The position numbers and the translations under genes were made by a program. Under the pieces are notes generated by a model. It made no database searches. It saw nothing but the letters and a program-made list of their open reading frames with translations, and was not told where the DNA came from. 64,000 nt of DNA from NCBI GenBank assembly GCA_965209055.1, contig OZ242374.1, positions 2,944,001 through 3,008,000 of the forward strand. The letters are read 5' to 3'. The DNA comes from Acidobacteriota bacterium (lineage in GTDB: Bacteria; Acidobacteriota; UBA6911; RPQK01; JAJDTT01). Below, one piece after another: positions 20,929 to 30,167 of this stretch. Every line of letters begins with the position of its first letter. Within the stretch, counting starts at the first letter, position 1.

Positions 20929-21705
20929 TCAGGCGCAGTAGCCGCCGTCCAGCAGGATGGTGTGGCCGGTGACGTAGGCGGAAGCCTCGGAAGACAGGAA
21001 GACCACCGACCCCTTGATGTCGTCGTATTGGGCCATGCGGCCCAGGAAGGTGTTGCTGCAATATTGGGAGAGGAAGGGTTCCGTCTCGCCTCCGAGAGCC
21101 AAGCCTCCGGGGGCGATGGCGTTGACCCGGACCCCCTTGGGTCCCGCCCACGCGGCCAGGTACTTGGTCAGGCCGATCATGCCGTGCTTGTGGAAGTGGT
21201 AGTCGGGCGGCGTGGTCATGTCGGTGCCGGCGTAGTTTCCGAAGTTGGGCGCCACCACCGACTGGATGGAGCCGATGTTGACGACGGCGCCCTGTCCCCG
21301 CTCCATCATCCGGTCCACGAACGCCCGGGAGATGGCGAAGAAACCGGTGGAGTTGACCACCATGGATCGCTCCCAGGTTTCCAGCGGGTCGGTGTAGGCT
21401 CGCATGGTCCGGGCCACCGAGTTGTTGACCAGCACGTCGACGGCGCCGAACTGTTTCCAGACCCGATCACAGAACTCCAAGATTGACGACTCGCTCCCCT
21501 GGTCGAACCCGTCGCCGCTGGCCGAGAGCCCCCTCCCTTCCAGCTCAAGTGCCCAGTCCTCGCATCGCTGCCGGTTTCTGGAGGCGATAACAACGTGGGC
21601 TCCGGCCTCGGCCAGTCCCTCGGAAATGGGCATGCCGTAGAACCCGGTGCCGCCGGTGACGACCGATACCTTGCCGGTGAGATCCAGAAGCTGCTTGACG
21701 TTCAT
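20929..21705 (-). CDS. short-chain dehydrogenase/reductase
   Basis: TGGTGFYG, YxxxK (YHFHK), VRVNAIAPG, DGG. Confidence 0.93.
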   Translation of the reverse strand: MNVKQLLDLTGKVSVVTGGTGFYGMPISEGLAEAGAHVVIASRNRQRCEDWALELEGRGLSASGDGFDQGSESSILEFCDRVWKQFGAVDVLVNNSVARTMRAYTDPLETWERSMVVNSTGFFAISRAFVDRMMERGQGAVVNIGSIQSVVAPNFGNYAGTDMTTPPDYHFHKHGMIGLTKYLAAWAGPKGVRVNAIAPGGLALGGETEPFLSQYCSNTFLGRMAQYDDIKGSVVFLSSEASAYVTGHTILLDGGYCA

Positions 21706-21729
21706 GACAGCGCATACTTATATCACCTC

Positions 21730-23007
21730 ATGCCTTCGAAACGGAGATTGATCCCCATCGCCAAATCTACAAGCAGAGGAGCCGTAGCAGTGGTCCTGCT
21801 CCAGATATTGGTTGCCGCAGACGTCTCGGCCGAGGAGAAACAGGGCACTGAACCGGCGGAGTGGACGACTGCCCAGAAGCTGGCCGGAAAGTACGGTTGG
21901 CCCTATGTGGCGGGGCACAAGGGGCTCTCCCGCCAGGAGATCGTCTTTCCCCGGGTCCGGGGCCTGCAGGTGATCAAGGCGGACCTCCACATCCACACCA
22001 TCTACTCCGATGGCCAGGTCCTGCCCGAAACTCGTGTCTGGGAAGCCTGGCGGGACGGTCTGGATCTGATGGCCATCACCGATCATCCTGAGTACATGAG
22101 GCTGGCCCTGCCCCAGGACCGGGAACGAGCCTACGGCCGGGCCCTTCCGCTGGCCCGGGCCCTGGGTCTGATGCTGATTCGGGGTGCCGAGCTGACGACC
22201 CTTTCGGGACCGACATACAAGGATGAGGACTCGGATCACGTCGTCGCTTTCGTTCAGGACGAGAGTCCCTTTTTCGACGACTTCGACACGGCGGTCCGGT
22301 CGGCCCGCGACCAGGGAGCCGTCATCATCTGGGCCCATCCCGGCCCTCGATGGGTCCGGGACGCCACCCGCCTTCTGAAGTTGGGGTGGCTGGACGGGAT
22401 CGAATTGAGGAACGGCGGCCGAAAAGGGGGGAAGGGGATTGGATACCACCGGGGAGAACCGTACTTCTCCGAGGTGATGGACTGGTGCCTCGAACACGAC
22501 CTGGCCGTCATCGCCTCGTCGGATGCTCACTGGCCCATCGACCAGATGGTCGACCGGAGCCGGGGAGAACGCCGGGAAATGACCCTGGTCCTGGCTGAGC
22601 GCCGGGGCGAGACGTCGATCCGGGAAGCCATCAAGGCCCGGCGCACCCTGGCTTATTTCGGCGAGATGATCTGGGGGCGGGAAGAGTGGCTCCGCGCTCT
22701 GGCCGAGAGCTCACTCCGTTTTAGTGTCACTCCAAGCGTCCAAGAGAATCGGAAACGCCACTTCCTGTCCGTTGCAAACTCCTCCTCCTTCCCCTTTCGC
22801 ATGAAGGTCTTCAGGGCGGGAGATGAAATGGCCGCGGGTCTCCGGGAGGTGCGAATTGCGGAGCGGGGACGGACCGTGGCTCCCGTCAGCGTGAAAGAGG
22901 GGGAGACAGGCGTTCGGCTGGTCATCACGTTCACCAACCTTCTTTCCGGCGCGGACCGGCCGCTTGTCATGGAACGGCGACTGCAGGTTCCGGGAGGACC
23001 ACCATGA
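21730..23007 (+). CDS. PHP-domain metal-dependent phosphoesterase-like protein, probably exported
   Basis: DLHIHTIYSDG, AITDH, WAHP, SSDAH motifs. Confidence 0.85.
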   Translation: MPSKRRLIPIAKSTSRGAVAVVLLQILVAADVSAEEKQGTEPAEWTTAQKLAGKYGWPYVAGHKGLSRQEIVFPRVRGLQVIKADLHIHTIYSDGQVLPETRVWEAWRDGLDLMAITDHPEYMRLALPQDRERAYGRALPLARALGLMLIRGAELTTLSGPTYKDEDSDHVVAFVQDESPFFDDFDTAVRSARDQGAVIIWAHPGPRWVRDATRLLKLGWLDGIELRNGGRKGGKGIGYHRGEPYFSEVMDWCLEHDLAVIASSDAHWPIDQMVDRSRGERREMTLVLAERRGETSIREAIKARRTLAYFGEMIWGREEWLRALAESSLRFSVTPSVQENRKRHFLSVANSSSFPFRMKVFRAGDEMAAGLREVRIAERGRTVAPVSVKEGETGVRLVITFTNLLSGADRPLVMERRLQVPGGPP

Positions 23008-25871
23008 GTTCCGCGTACCCCGTCCCGGCCATCGCCGCTCTTGTGGGACTCCTGTTTGCATGTGCCCCTCCGGCAGAAACACTCCAGGCTCCTGTGCAGG
23101 AAGGCCGGGAGGTCTGGAGGGAGTCCAGCTTCGCCGATTTCGCCGACGGGACCCTGACCGACGGTGGGGCCAACACATACGTCGGGGCGGATGGGAGCGT
23201 CCGGCTCATCAACGAACTGGACCTGAACCAGGACGGGCTCATCGACCTGGTCCTTCCGGGAAGCCACGACAACAACTTCGACATGGAAGCCTGGATCTAC
23301 TGGGGACGGGACGATTTGGACGCCGGCAGCCGGACCGCGCTCCCGGGGGAGGGCGGCCAGGACGTGGCCATTGCGGACCTGAACCGGGACGGCCATCCGG
23401 ACCTGGTGGTGGCCAAGGGCTACAACGGCACCCGGACCGAGAACCGGTCGGCCCTCTATTGGGGAAGCGAATCCGGGTTCGACGCCGAGCGAAGGACCGA
23501 TCTGCCGACGGTTTCGGCCCAGGCCGTGGCCACTGGCGATCTGAACGGCGACGGTTACCCGGAAGTGGTCTTCGCCAGCAACGGCCTCTCCTACCAGTTC
23601 ACCCGGGAGGGGAACGACTTCAGCGTGGTGCGGCCGGTTTCAGACATCTACTGGGGCTCGGGGGACGGCTATTCTCCCCGCCGAACCACGCAGTTGCCCA
23701 CCCGTTTCGCCCGCGACGTGGCCATTGCCGATCTGAACCGGGACCGGGCGCCCGATCTGGTCTTCGCGGTTCAGGACTACAAGGGCGAACCGGGTGGAGT
23801 GCTGGTCTACTGGGGATCCGAATCCGGCTACTCGGCGGATGCCTCCCTTTGGCTGGAAGGGTTGGGAAGCGTGGCTTTGATCGCCGCCGACTTGAACGGC
23901 GACGGCTGGCCCGACCTGGCGGTGGCCAACGAGACGGCGCCCGGCTTCGACGCGGATGCCGGAGGGATCGCCGTCACCCCGATTCCCAGTTACGTCTACT
24001 GGGGGGCTTCCGGGGGGTTCGATCCGGAGCGGCGGACCGCGTTGCCCGGCTGGCGGGCCCGGGGCATCGAAGCCGCCGATCTCGACCGGGATGGGCATCC
24101 CGATCTGATCCTCTCCAACCAGGCGGGCCATGCGTCCTTCATCTACTGGGGGTCGGCAGACGGATTTCGGCCGGATCTCAGAACGGCCCTGCCCACGCTG
24201 GCCGCCGGCGCCAGCACGGCCGCGGATCTCAACGGGGACGGCTATCCGGACCTGGTCTTCGCCAACGAGAAGAGCGACGAGAGCTACGACGTCTCCTCCA
24301 CCGTCTACTGGAACGGACCAAGCGGATTCGATCCCTCCCGCCGGCTGGAATTGCCGACTCGAGGCGCGTTGTCGGTGGCAAGCGGCGACCTGGACGGCGA
24401 CGGCAAGGGCGATCTGGCGTTTGCGCAGAGCAAGGACGGCTATGCGTCCGACAAAGCCCCCAATGCCTACATCTACTGGGGCCGGACCGACGGGGACTAT
24501 TCTCCTGAGGACCGCTGGACCTTGCCCTACTCCGGCCTGAGCGCGGCCAACATCGCCGACCTCGACCGGGACGGCTGGACCGACCTGGTGCTGGCGGGGC
24601 AGATCGACATCTTGTGGGGGACGCCCGAAGGACTCTCCCGGACCGGGACCACCCATCTCCCCACGCGGAGGGGTTTCAGCGTGGTGGTGGCGGACTTCAA
24701 CCGGGACGGATACCTGGACCTGAGTCTCAGCGAGTGGACCCACGGCCGGGACGAGATGAGCCTCTTCTGGGGCGGTCCCGCAGGCTATCGGATGGACAAC
24801 CGCTTCATCCTCAAGTTTCCCGACGTGCGGCTCCACAAGGCGGCGGACCTGGACCGGAACGGCTATCTGGACCTGCTGTTTACCGGGACCAGCGACCGCG
24901 TGGCCATCTTCTGGAACGGACCCGGCGGATTCGACAACCGCAACGTCCAGCATCTTCCGTCCAAGATGGCCGTCGGAGCCGAGATCGGGGACCTCGATGG
25001 CGACGGATACCTGGACATCGTGATCTGCAATCTGTACGACCTGGAAAAGCTCCGGACCGACGAAGGCGAGCGCGCCATCGACGCGGAGCCCCAAGCGGCC
25101 CCGTTCGCTGCCGGCACCGCCGTTTACTGGGGAGGGGAAACGGGATTCTCGGAGAATCGCATGCTGCTCCTGGACACGGTCGGGAGCGAGGATGCCTCCA
25201 TCGCCGATTTGAACCGGGACGGCCGCCTGGACCTGGTGGTTTCCAGCTACCACGCCGGCGCCAATCGGCATCACCCGTCCTACGTCTTCTGGGGCGCCGA
25301 GTCGGGACTCGACCCGAAACCGGTCCTTTTGCCCACCGATTCCGCCTCCGGCGTGATGGTGGCGGATTACAACCGGGACGGGCACGACGACATCTTCTTC
25401 GTCTGCCACACCAAGGGAGGAAATCATCGCACCGACTCCTTCCTTTATTGGGGCTCGGAGGCGGGATTTTCCACCGGGAGGCGGCTCCTGGTTCCGACCC
25501 GCGGCGCGCACTGGGCGATTCATCACGACGTGGGAAACGTCTACGACCGCGCTCCCCGCTACGATTACATTTCCGCGCCGTTCCGTCTGCCTGAAAACGG
25601 CCAGGTCGAGAGCCTGAGCTGGAAGGCGCGGACTCCGCATGAGACCTCCGTTGATTTCCAGGTCCGGGGTTCGGAGACGCGGGAGGGTCTTGGTGCTTCC
25701 GAGTGGTCCGGTCCCGACGGACCGGGAAGCCGATACACTCGGCCGGGCGCCCGTTTGGATGGACTCGGCGGCAACACCCGCTGGATTCAATACAAGGCGT
25801 CACTGGTTTCGCCCGGAGGCGTCAACTCGCCGGTCTTGGAGCAGGTTGAGATAAGCTACCAGGGCGAATAG
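23004..25871 (+). CDS. FG-GAP/VCBS-repeat lipoprotein
   Basis: lipobox LFAC; many ADLNxDGxPDLV and IYWG repeats. Confidence 0.9.
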   Translation: MSSAYPVPAIAALVGLLFACAPPAETLQAPVQEGREVWRESSFADFADGTLTDGGANTYVGADGSVRLINELDLNQDGLIDLVLPGSHDNNFDMEAWIYWGRDDLDAGSRTALPGEGGQDVAIADLNRDGHPDLVVAKGYNGTRTENRSALYWGSESGFDAERRTDLPTVSAQAVATGDLNGDGYPEVVFASNGLSYQFTREGNDFSVVRPVSDIYWGSGDGYSPRRTTQLPTRFARDVAIADLNRDRAPDLVFAVQDYKGEPGGVLVYWGSESGYSADASLWLEGLGSVALIAADLNGDGWPDLAVANETAPGFDADAGGIAVTPIPSYVYWGASGGFDPERRTALPGWRARGIEAADLDRDGHPDLILSNQAGHASFIYWGSADGFRPDLRTALPTLAAGASTAADLNGDGYPDLVFANEKSDESYDVSSTVYWNGPSGFDPSRRLELPTRGALSVASGDLDGDGKGDLAFAQSKDGYASDKAPNAYIYWGRTDGDYSPEDRWTLPYSGLSAANIADLDRDGWTDLVLAGQIDILWGTPEGLSRTGTTHLPTRRGFSVVVADFNRDGYLDLSLSEWTHGRDEMSLFWGGPAGYRMDNRFILKFPDVRLHKAADLDRNGYLDLLFTGTSDRVAIFWNGPGGFDNRNVQHLPSKMAVGAEIGDLDGDGYLDIVICNLYDLEKLRTDEGERAIDAEPQAAPFAAGTAVYWGGETGFSENRMLLLDTVGSEDASIADLNRDGRLDLVVSSYHAGANRHHPSYVFWGAESGLDPKPVLLPTDSASGVMVADYNRDGHDDIFFVCHTKGGNHRTDSFLYWGSEAGFSTGRRLLVPTRGAHWAIHHDVGNVYDRAPRYDYISAPFRLPENGQVESLSWKARTPHETSVDFQVRGSETREGLGASEWSGPDGPGSRYTRPGARLDGLGGNTRWIQYKASLVSPGGVNSPVLEQVEISYQGE

Positions 25872-25909
25872 TCGGCTTTCTCCGCAATACTTTCGGGAGG
25901 AACATTCAT

Positions 25910-26842
25910 ATGGACAGGGAACTGCTGACCTGGTTCAACGGCCGGCTGGTTCCGGATTCCGAGGTCCGGATCCATCACACCGACTCCGGCCTCAGCTTCG
26001 GCCACAATGTGACCGACTCGGCGCGGACCTTCGGGTACCGCCCCTTCAAGCTGAAGGAGCACATCGGCAGGTTCTACCGCTCCATGTCGGTGGCCCGGAT
26101 CAATCCCGGCATGACTCCCGAGCGGATGGAAGAGATCGCACTGGAGGTGCTGGAGGCGAATCGTCCCGTCCTGGACCCGGACGGTGACGTGTGGGTCACC
26201 CAGACCGCCACCGGAGGCCGGATGCGCAGCACCATCGGACGTTTCGAGTTCGACCGTCCCGGGCTGCTCATCGCCACACTGCCGCTGGGCTTCGCCGATT
26301 ACGCTCACCTCTACGAGAAAGGGGCCCACGCCGTGACCCCCTCGACCCGGCATATCCCGCCCCAGTCGCTGGACGCCAAGCTCAAGCACCGGAACCGGAT
26401 CTTCTTCACCCTGGCTGAATTCGAGGTCAAGGAGGTGGACCCGGAGGGTTTCTCTCTCCTTCTGGACATCGACGGCAACGTGACGGAGAACAAGGGGGCC
26501 AACTTCTTCATCTACCGTGACGGACGCCTGAGGACGCCCACGACCCGGAACTGCCTGGAGGGAGTCAGCCGGGCCACGGTGCTGGAGCTGGCCCGGGAAG
26601 AAGGGATTCCCGCGGTGGAGGAGGACTTCCAGCCCTACCATGTGACCACCGCGGAGGAGGCCTTCTTCTGCAGCACCTCCTATTGCATGCTCCCGGTGAC
26701 CCGCTACAACGGCAATGTGCTGGGCGAGGGCCGGCCGGGACCCGTCTATCGCCGGCTGATCGGCGCCTGGAGTAGAAGAGTAGGAATGGATATTCCGGAA
26801 CAGGCGCTCCGAGGAGCGGCGACTTGGAGCGGCGGTTTCTAA
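25910..26842 (+). CDS. aminotransferase class IV (branched-chain/D-amino acid type)
   Basis: WFNG, GLSFG, KLK, ENKGANFF, CLEGVSR, EEAF. Confidence 0.9.
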   Translation: MDRELLTWFNGRLVPDSEVRIHHTDSGLSFGHNVTDSARTFGYRPFKLKEHIGRFYRSMSVARINPGMTPERMEEIALEVLEANRPVLDPDGDVWVTQTATGGRMRSTIGRFEFDRPGLLIATLPLGFADYAHLYEKGAHAVTPSTRHIPPQSLDAKLKHRNRIFFTLAEFEVKEVDPEGFSLLLDIDGNVTENKGANFFIYRDGRLRTPTTRNCLEGVSRATVLELAREEGIPAVEEDFQPYHVTTAEEAFFCSTSYCMLPVTRYNGNVLGEGRPGPVYRRLIGAWSRRVGMDIPEQALRGAATWSGGF

Positions 26843-26847
26843 CCGCC
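26826..26847 (+). repeat. REP-like palindrome containing the aminotransferase stop codon
   Basis: GGAGCGGCGGTTTCTAACCGCC. Confidence 0.75.
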
Positions 26848-27022
26848 GGCCAGGGGGGGGTAGGGGGGACGGCAACACACCCATTGAATCCAGCGATATC
26901 CCAAGAGATCCCGGAATATCTTTTAAGTGGTTGGTTTTCTTTAGTTTATACCTGTTCTCACCCCGTTTCTTCCTCCCCTGACGTCCCTTGATATCCATCT
27001 CTATCCCGTTTATTATGGTGTA

Positions 27023-28258
27023 ATGGGTGATGTAATCAGTGCTCCCCTTTTGCCCCGGAAGACCAAGCCGAAGGGCCGCCACCCCCACAAGGCGCTCTCC
27101 GCCGCTTTCGTGCGCTCCGCCCCACCGGGCAAACACTGCGACGGCAACGGACTCTACCTCTTCGTCAAGCCTAACGGAGCACGAAGCTGGATCCAACGCC
27201 TCGTCATCCGCGGCCGCCGCCGCGACTTCGGACTCGGCGGTGTGGCACTGGTGTCCCTGGCCGAGGCCCGCGAGAAGGCGCGGGCCAACCGCAAGCTGGC
27301 CCGCGAAGGTGGGGATCCCCTGACCGAGAGACGCCGCACGCACAACATGCCCACCTTCGCCGAAGCCGCCGAGCGGGTGGTGGAGCAGAAGCGGTCCGGC
27401 TGGCGCAATCAAAGGCAGGCCCACGACTGGATGGCGAGCTTTCGACGCTACGCCTTTCCTCACATCGGCCGGATGCCGGTCTCGGAGGTGACCAGCGGCG
27501 ACGTCCTGGAGATCCTCGTGCCCATCTGGCACGTGAAGTCGCGCACGGCCCGGACCGTGCGACAGCGCATCCGCACGGTCCTGGAGTGGGCCGTGGCGAT
27601 GGAATACCGGACCGACAACCCCTGCGACCGGGTCGTGTCGGTGCTCGGAGCACAGGACGACGTGGTGCGGCACATGCCGGCCTTGCCGCATCGCGAGGTG
27701 GGGGCGGCCCTCCGGAAGGTGCGGGCCTCCAACGCGATGCCCGTGTCCCTGCTGGCCTTCGAGTTCCTGGTGCTCACGGCGGCGAGGTGGGGCGAGGTGC
27801 GGTGGGCCGAGTGGCTGGAGATCGATCCGGCGCAAGGGATGTGGACGGTTCCCGGAATCCGCATGAAGACCAAACGGGCGCACCGGGTGCCTTTGTGCCG
27901 CCGGGCGAATGAGATCCTGGAGAAGGCACGCACGCTGGATCATGGAGCCACCCGGTTGATCTTCGCCCGAAGGGGCGGAAAGCCGCTCGGCTCCGGCCGG
28001 TTGCGCAAGCTGCTGCGCCGGAACGGGATCGCCGCCGTGCCGCACGGGTTCCGGTCGAGTTTCCGGGACTGGGCGGCCGAGGAGACGGATCATCCACGCG
28101 AGGTGGTCGAGGCGGCGCTGGCGCATGTGGTGAAGAACAAGGTCGAGGCGGCGTACCGGCGCACGGACCTGTTCGAGCGTCGGCGTCGGCTCATGGAGGA
28201 CTGGGCGAGCTATCTGGCTGGCGAGAGTCCGGAACGGGTGGCCGGCCGGCTCCGTTGA
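27023..28258 (+). CDS. P4-type tyrosine integrase with arm-binding domain (start may be TTG 27050)
   Basis: DGNGLYL..SW..GLG..VSLAEARE arm domain; catalytic R (TAARWGE), K, HGFR, LAH, Y all present. Confidence 0.93.
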   Translation: MGDVISAPLLPRKTKPKGRHPHKALSAAFVRSAPPGKHCDGNGLYLFVKPNGARSWIQRLVIRGRRRDFGLGGVALVSLAEAREKARANRKLAREGGDPLTERRRTHNMPTFAEAAERVVEQKRSGWRNQRQAHDWMASFRRYAFPHIGRMPVSEVTSGDVLEILVPIWHVKSRTARTVRQRIRTVLEWAVAMEYRTDNPCDRVVSVLGAQDDVVRHMPALPHREVGAALRKVRASNAMPVSLLAFEFLVLTAARWGEVRWAEWLEIDPAQGMWTVPGIRMKTKRAHRVPLCRRANEILEKARTLDHGATRLIFARRGGKPLGSGRLRKLLRRNGIAAVPHGFRSSFRDWAAEETDHPREVVEAALAHVVKNKVEAAYRRTDLFERRRRLMEDWASYLAGESPERVAGRLR

Positions 28259-28481
28259 TCCGCCGTGGTGGTTCTCCCGGCAGGCTTCGTGATCTGGGGT
28301 TCGAGCCGGATTCCGGGAGGTCGATCTTGACCGCTGAAAAGTGGGGTTCCGTGCCGCTCGGGGAGTGCACCTGAGACAATGGGGGGCATGTGCACCATGA
28401 GGGCTCTTCGATGTGCACGGCACCGTTCCTCTAACTTGCTGTCCCCATTCGGGTTACGGCTCGCCTCGCGGCTCGGCGGCA

Positions 28482-28623
28482 CCGCTCGGGGAAAGCGGAG
28501 GTGGACGGGAGCGACCCCCCTTTTTTGCCTCCCGGATCGGCAAAGCGGGGCAGGCTGATGCGCACTGACCGTGCCATCGCCTCGGGGGGTCGCTCCCGTC
28601 CCAATGATCCCTGCCGGGAAGGC
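28482..28623 (+). ncRNA. structured non-coding motif copy A (RNA or ssDNA structure, function unknown)
   Basis: 18-bp perfect inverted repeat 28503-28520 / 28584-28601 enclosing two hairpins; homologous flanks in three other copies. Confidence 0.45.
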
Positions 28624-29107
28624 CTCTGGATCGCCTGAGCGCGTGGCGGTGCGGCACGGAACGGCGCGGTGGGCAGGCCGCCGCGTGCCAGTGCTCGTAC
28701 AAGCGTCTGTGGACGGCCCCGATGGCTGGACGGAGTGATCTGGCGGATCGAACAGGCAATCTTCTTCCAGAAATGCGGAGTGTGCTGAAAGGGACGCGGG
28801 CCGATTCGACGGCTATGGCAGCGTCAGGGCCTCGCTGAGACCGGCCATCGAGTGGCGACCAGGGGCGGAAGATCGCGCCGCCGGCGTGGAGATCGACGAC
28901 GACGTTCGCGACGCTCTCGTGGCGGGCGACACGCTTGCCGGGGAGCTCATTTTGACGGGTACAGAGCGCCCCACCGTGTCGATCCGGGAGTGTAAGGGAG
29001 ACAACGGGGGCAACTTACATCATGGGAGTCTGCCAACTTACACACGCGATTTCTCCGATCTCTTTGTCGCTCATGCTGTTACGGCCACATTCCCGGCTCC
29101 GCCGTGC

Positions 29108-29248
29108 CCGCACGGGGAAAGCGGAGGTGGACGGGAGCGACCCCCCCCTTTTTCCTGCCCGGTGCGGGCGCGGGGGCGTGGCGCAACTTACATCTGCGCC
29201 ACACCCCCTGGGGGGGTCGCTCCCTTCCAAAATATCCCTGCGGGAAGC
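29108..29248 (+). ncRNA. structured non-coding motif copy B
   Basis: GGGAGCGACCCCCCC...GGGGGGGTCGCTCCC stem with two inner hairpins. Confidence 0.45.
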
Positions 29249-29789
29249 CCCGGAGAAGAATCCGGAAGACCTGTCAGGGCTCTGCCAGGCGTCCGTTCTC
29301 GACACGCGGTGCAGGATCCAGGCATGACCACAGGCGACACGTGCCAATGGGGTCCGCAGGTGCAGGTGGATTTTCGGCGTCCTCTTGGACGAGGAGGTGG
29401 ACCGAACCCCGGAAGGCCTGAACTCGGAACGGCAGGCGGAGGTTCGCGTCGGGGTCCGCTCCAGGCCCAGCCCCCGATCCAGGGCCTGGCCGACGAGGCG
29501 GCCGGTGCGGGTGGTGGTGGTCCGGCCGTCGAGAGCCGCCTCCACGCCGTGGTGGCACCGGAGCAAGCGGCGGTCGAAGCGCAGGGCGCGGTTTCTCCGG
29601 CAACCCGGAACGGATGACGGACCGGGGGAACCGATCCCCCCAGACCCCTCAGTGGCGCCAGAACCCCTGGCGGCTCACCTTGCCGCCAGTGAACCTGGCG
29701 CTTCTGTTCGTCGCGCGTCCCATGAGAATGGGACCCTCACGCGGTCTCCTCGGCCTTCCAGCCGGGAGTGAGACGTTCGCCCGTTTCCG

Positions 29790-29876
29790 GCAGTCCTGGC
29801 CAATCGGACCCGGTCAGCTCCGAATGTCCGCCCCCAATTCCCGGAGCGCGCAGGCGCTTGAAACCTGGGAGTCGAG
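29790..29876 (+). pseudogene. N-terminal remnant of the 362-aa tyrosine recombinase
   Basis: WPIGPGQLRMSAPNSRSAQALET versus intact WPHGSGRLRMYAPNYRSAQALQT. Confidence 0.8.
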
Positions 29877-30167
29877 GCGAGAAACTCGTCCATGGAGTCC
29901 ACGGACCTCCAATAGGGTCGAATGGAATCCCGTTTAGAAGGTGGGATGTAATGATGTAACCTGCTCGGGAGAATAGATCATAACTACTTTATTATCAGAT
30001 ACTTAAGAGATCGTTTCCGTAGAGGGGACGGCAGTCCCCCCTTTACGCTTATCCACCGCTGACTCGCACGGAAAAAGGAAGAATGGGGGACTAACAGTCC
30101 CGCGCTCTGTCCTGCTGAGCTTGGGGCGCTTGCTTTTATTTTCAAGGGGTTACGCCACTGCTCTCCT

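Larger units (their letters stand above)
17509..20948 (+). repeat. tandem duplication unit 2
   Basis: homologous to 13745-17179. Confidence 0.9.
26860..30033 (+). mobile_element. ~3.2 kb integrative island with P4-type integrase and degenerate cargo
   Basis: 14/15 direct repeat GTAG(G/A)GGGGACGGCA at 26860-26874 and 30019-30033; AT-rich ends; shared ATCCCGTTTA...GATGTAA motifs at 27003-27035 and 29927-29959. Confidence 0.8.

Noticed and set aside
23200-25450. Periodic DNA repeats (GACCTGAACCGGGACGG) suggesting an array
   Set aside because: They encode FG-GAP protein repeats; not CRISPR or non-coding
28886-29617. ORFs within the island cargo
   Set aside because: Low-complexity translations across hairpins and decayed fragments; no supportable product
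30087-30101. att core as a tRNA/tmRNA 3' fragment
   Set aside because: No TTCGA T-loop, CCA end or cloverleaf near any junction
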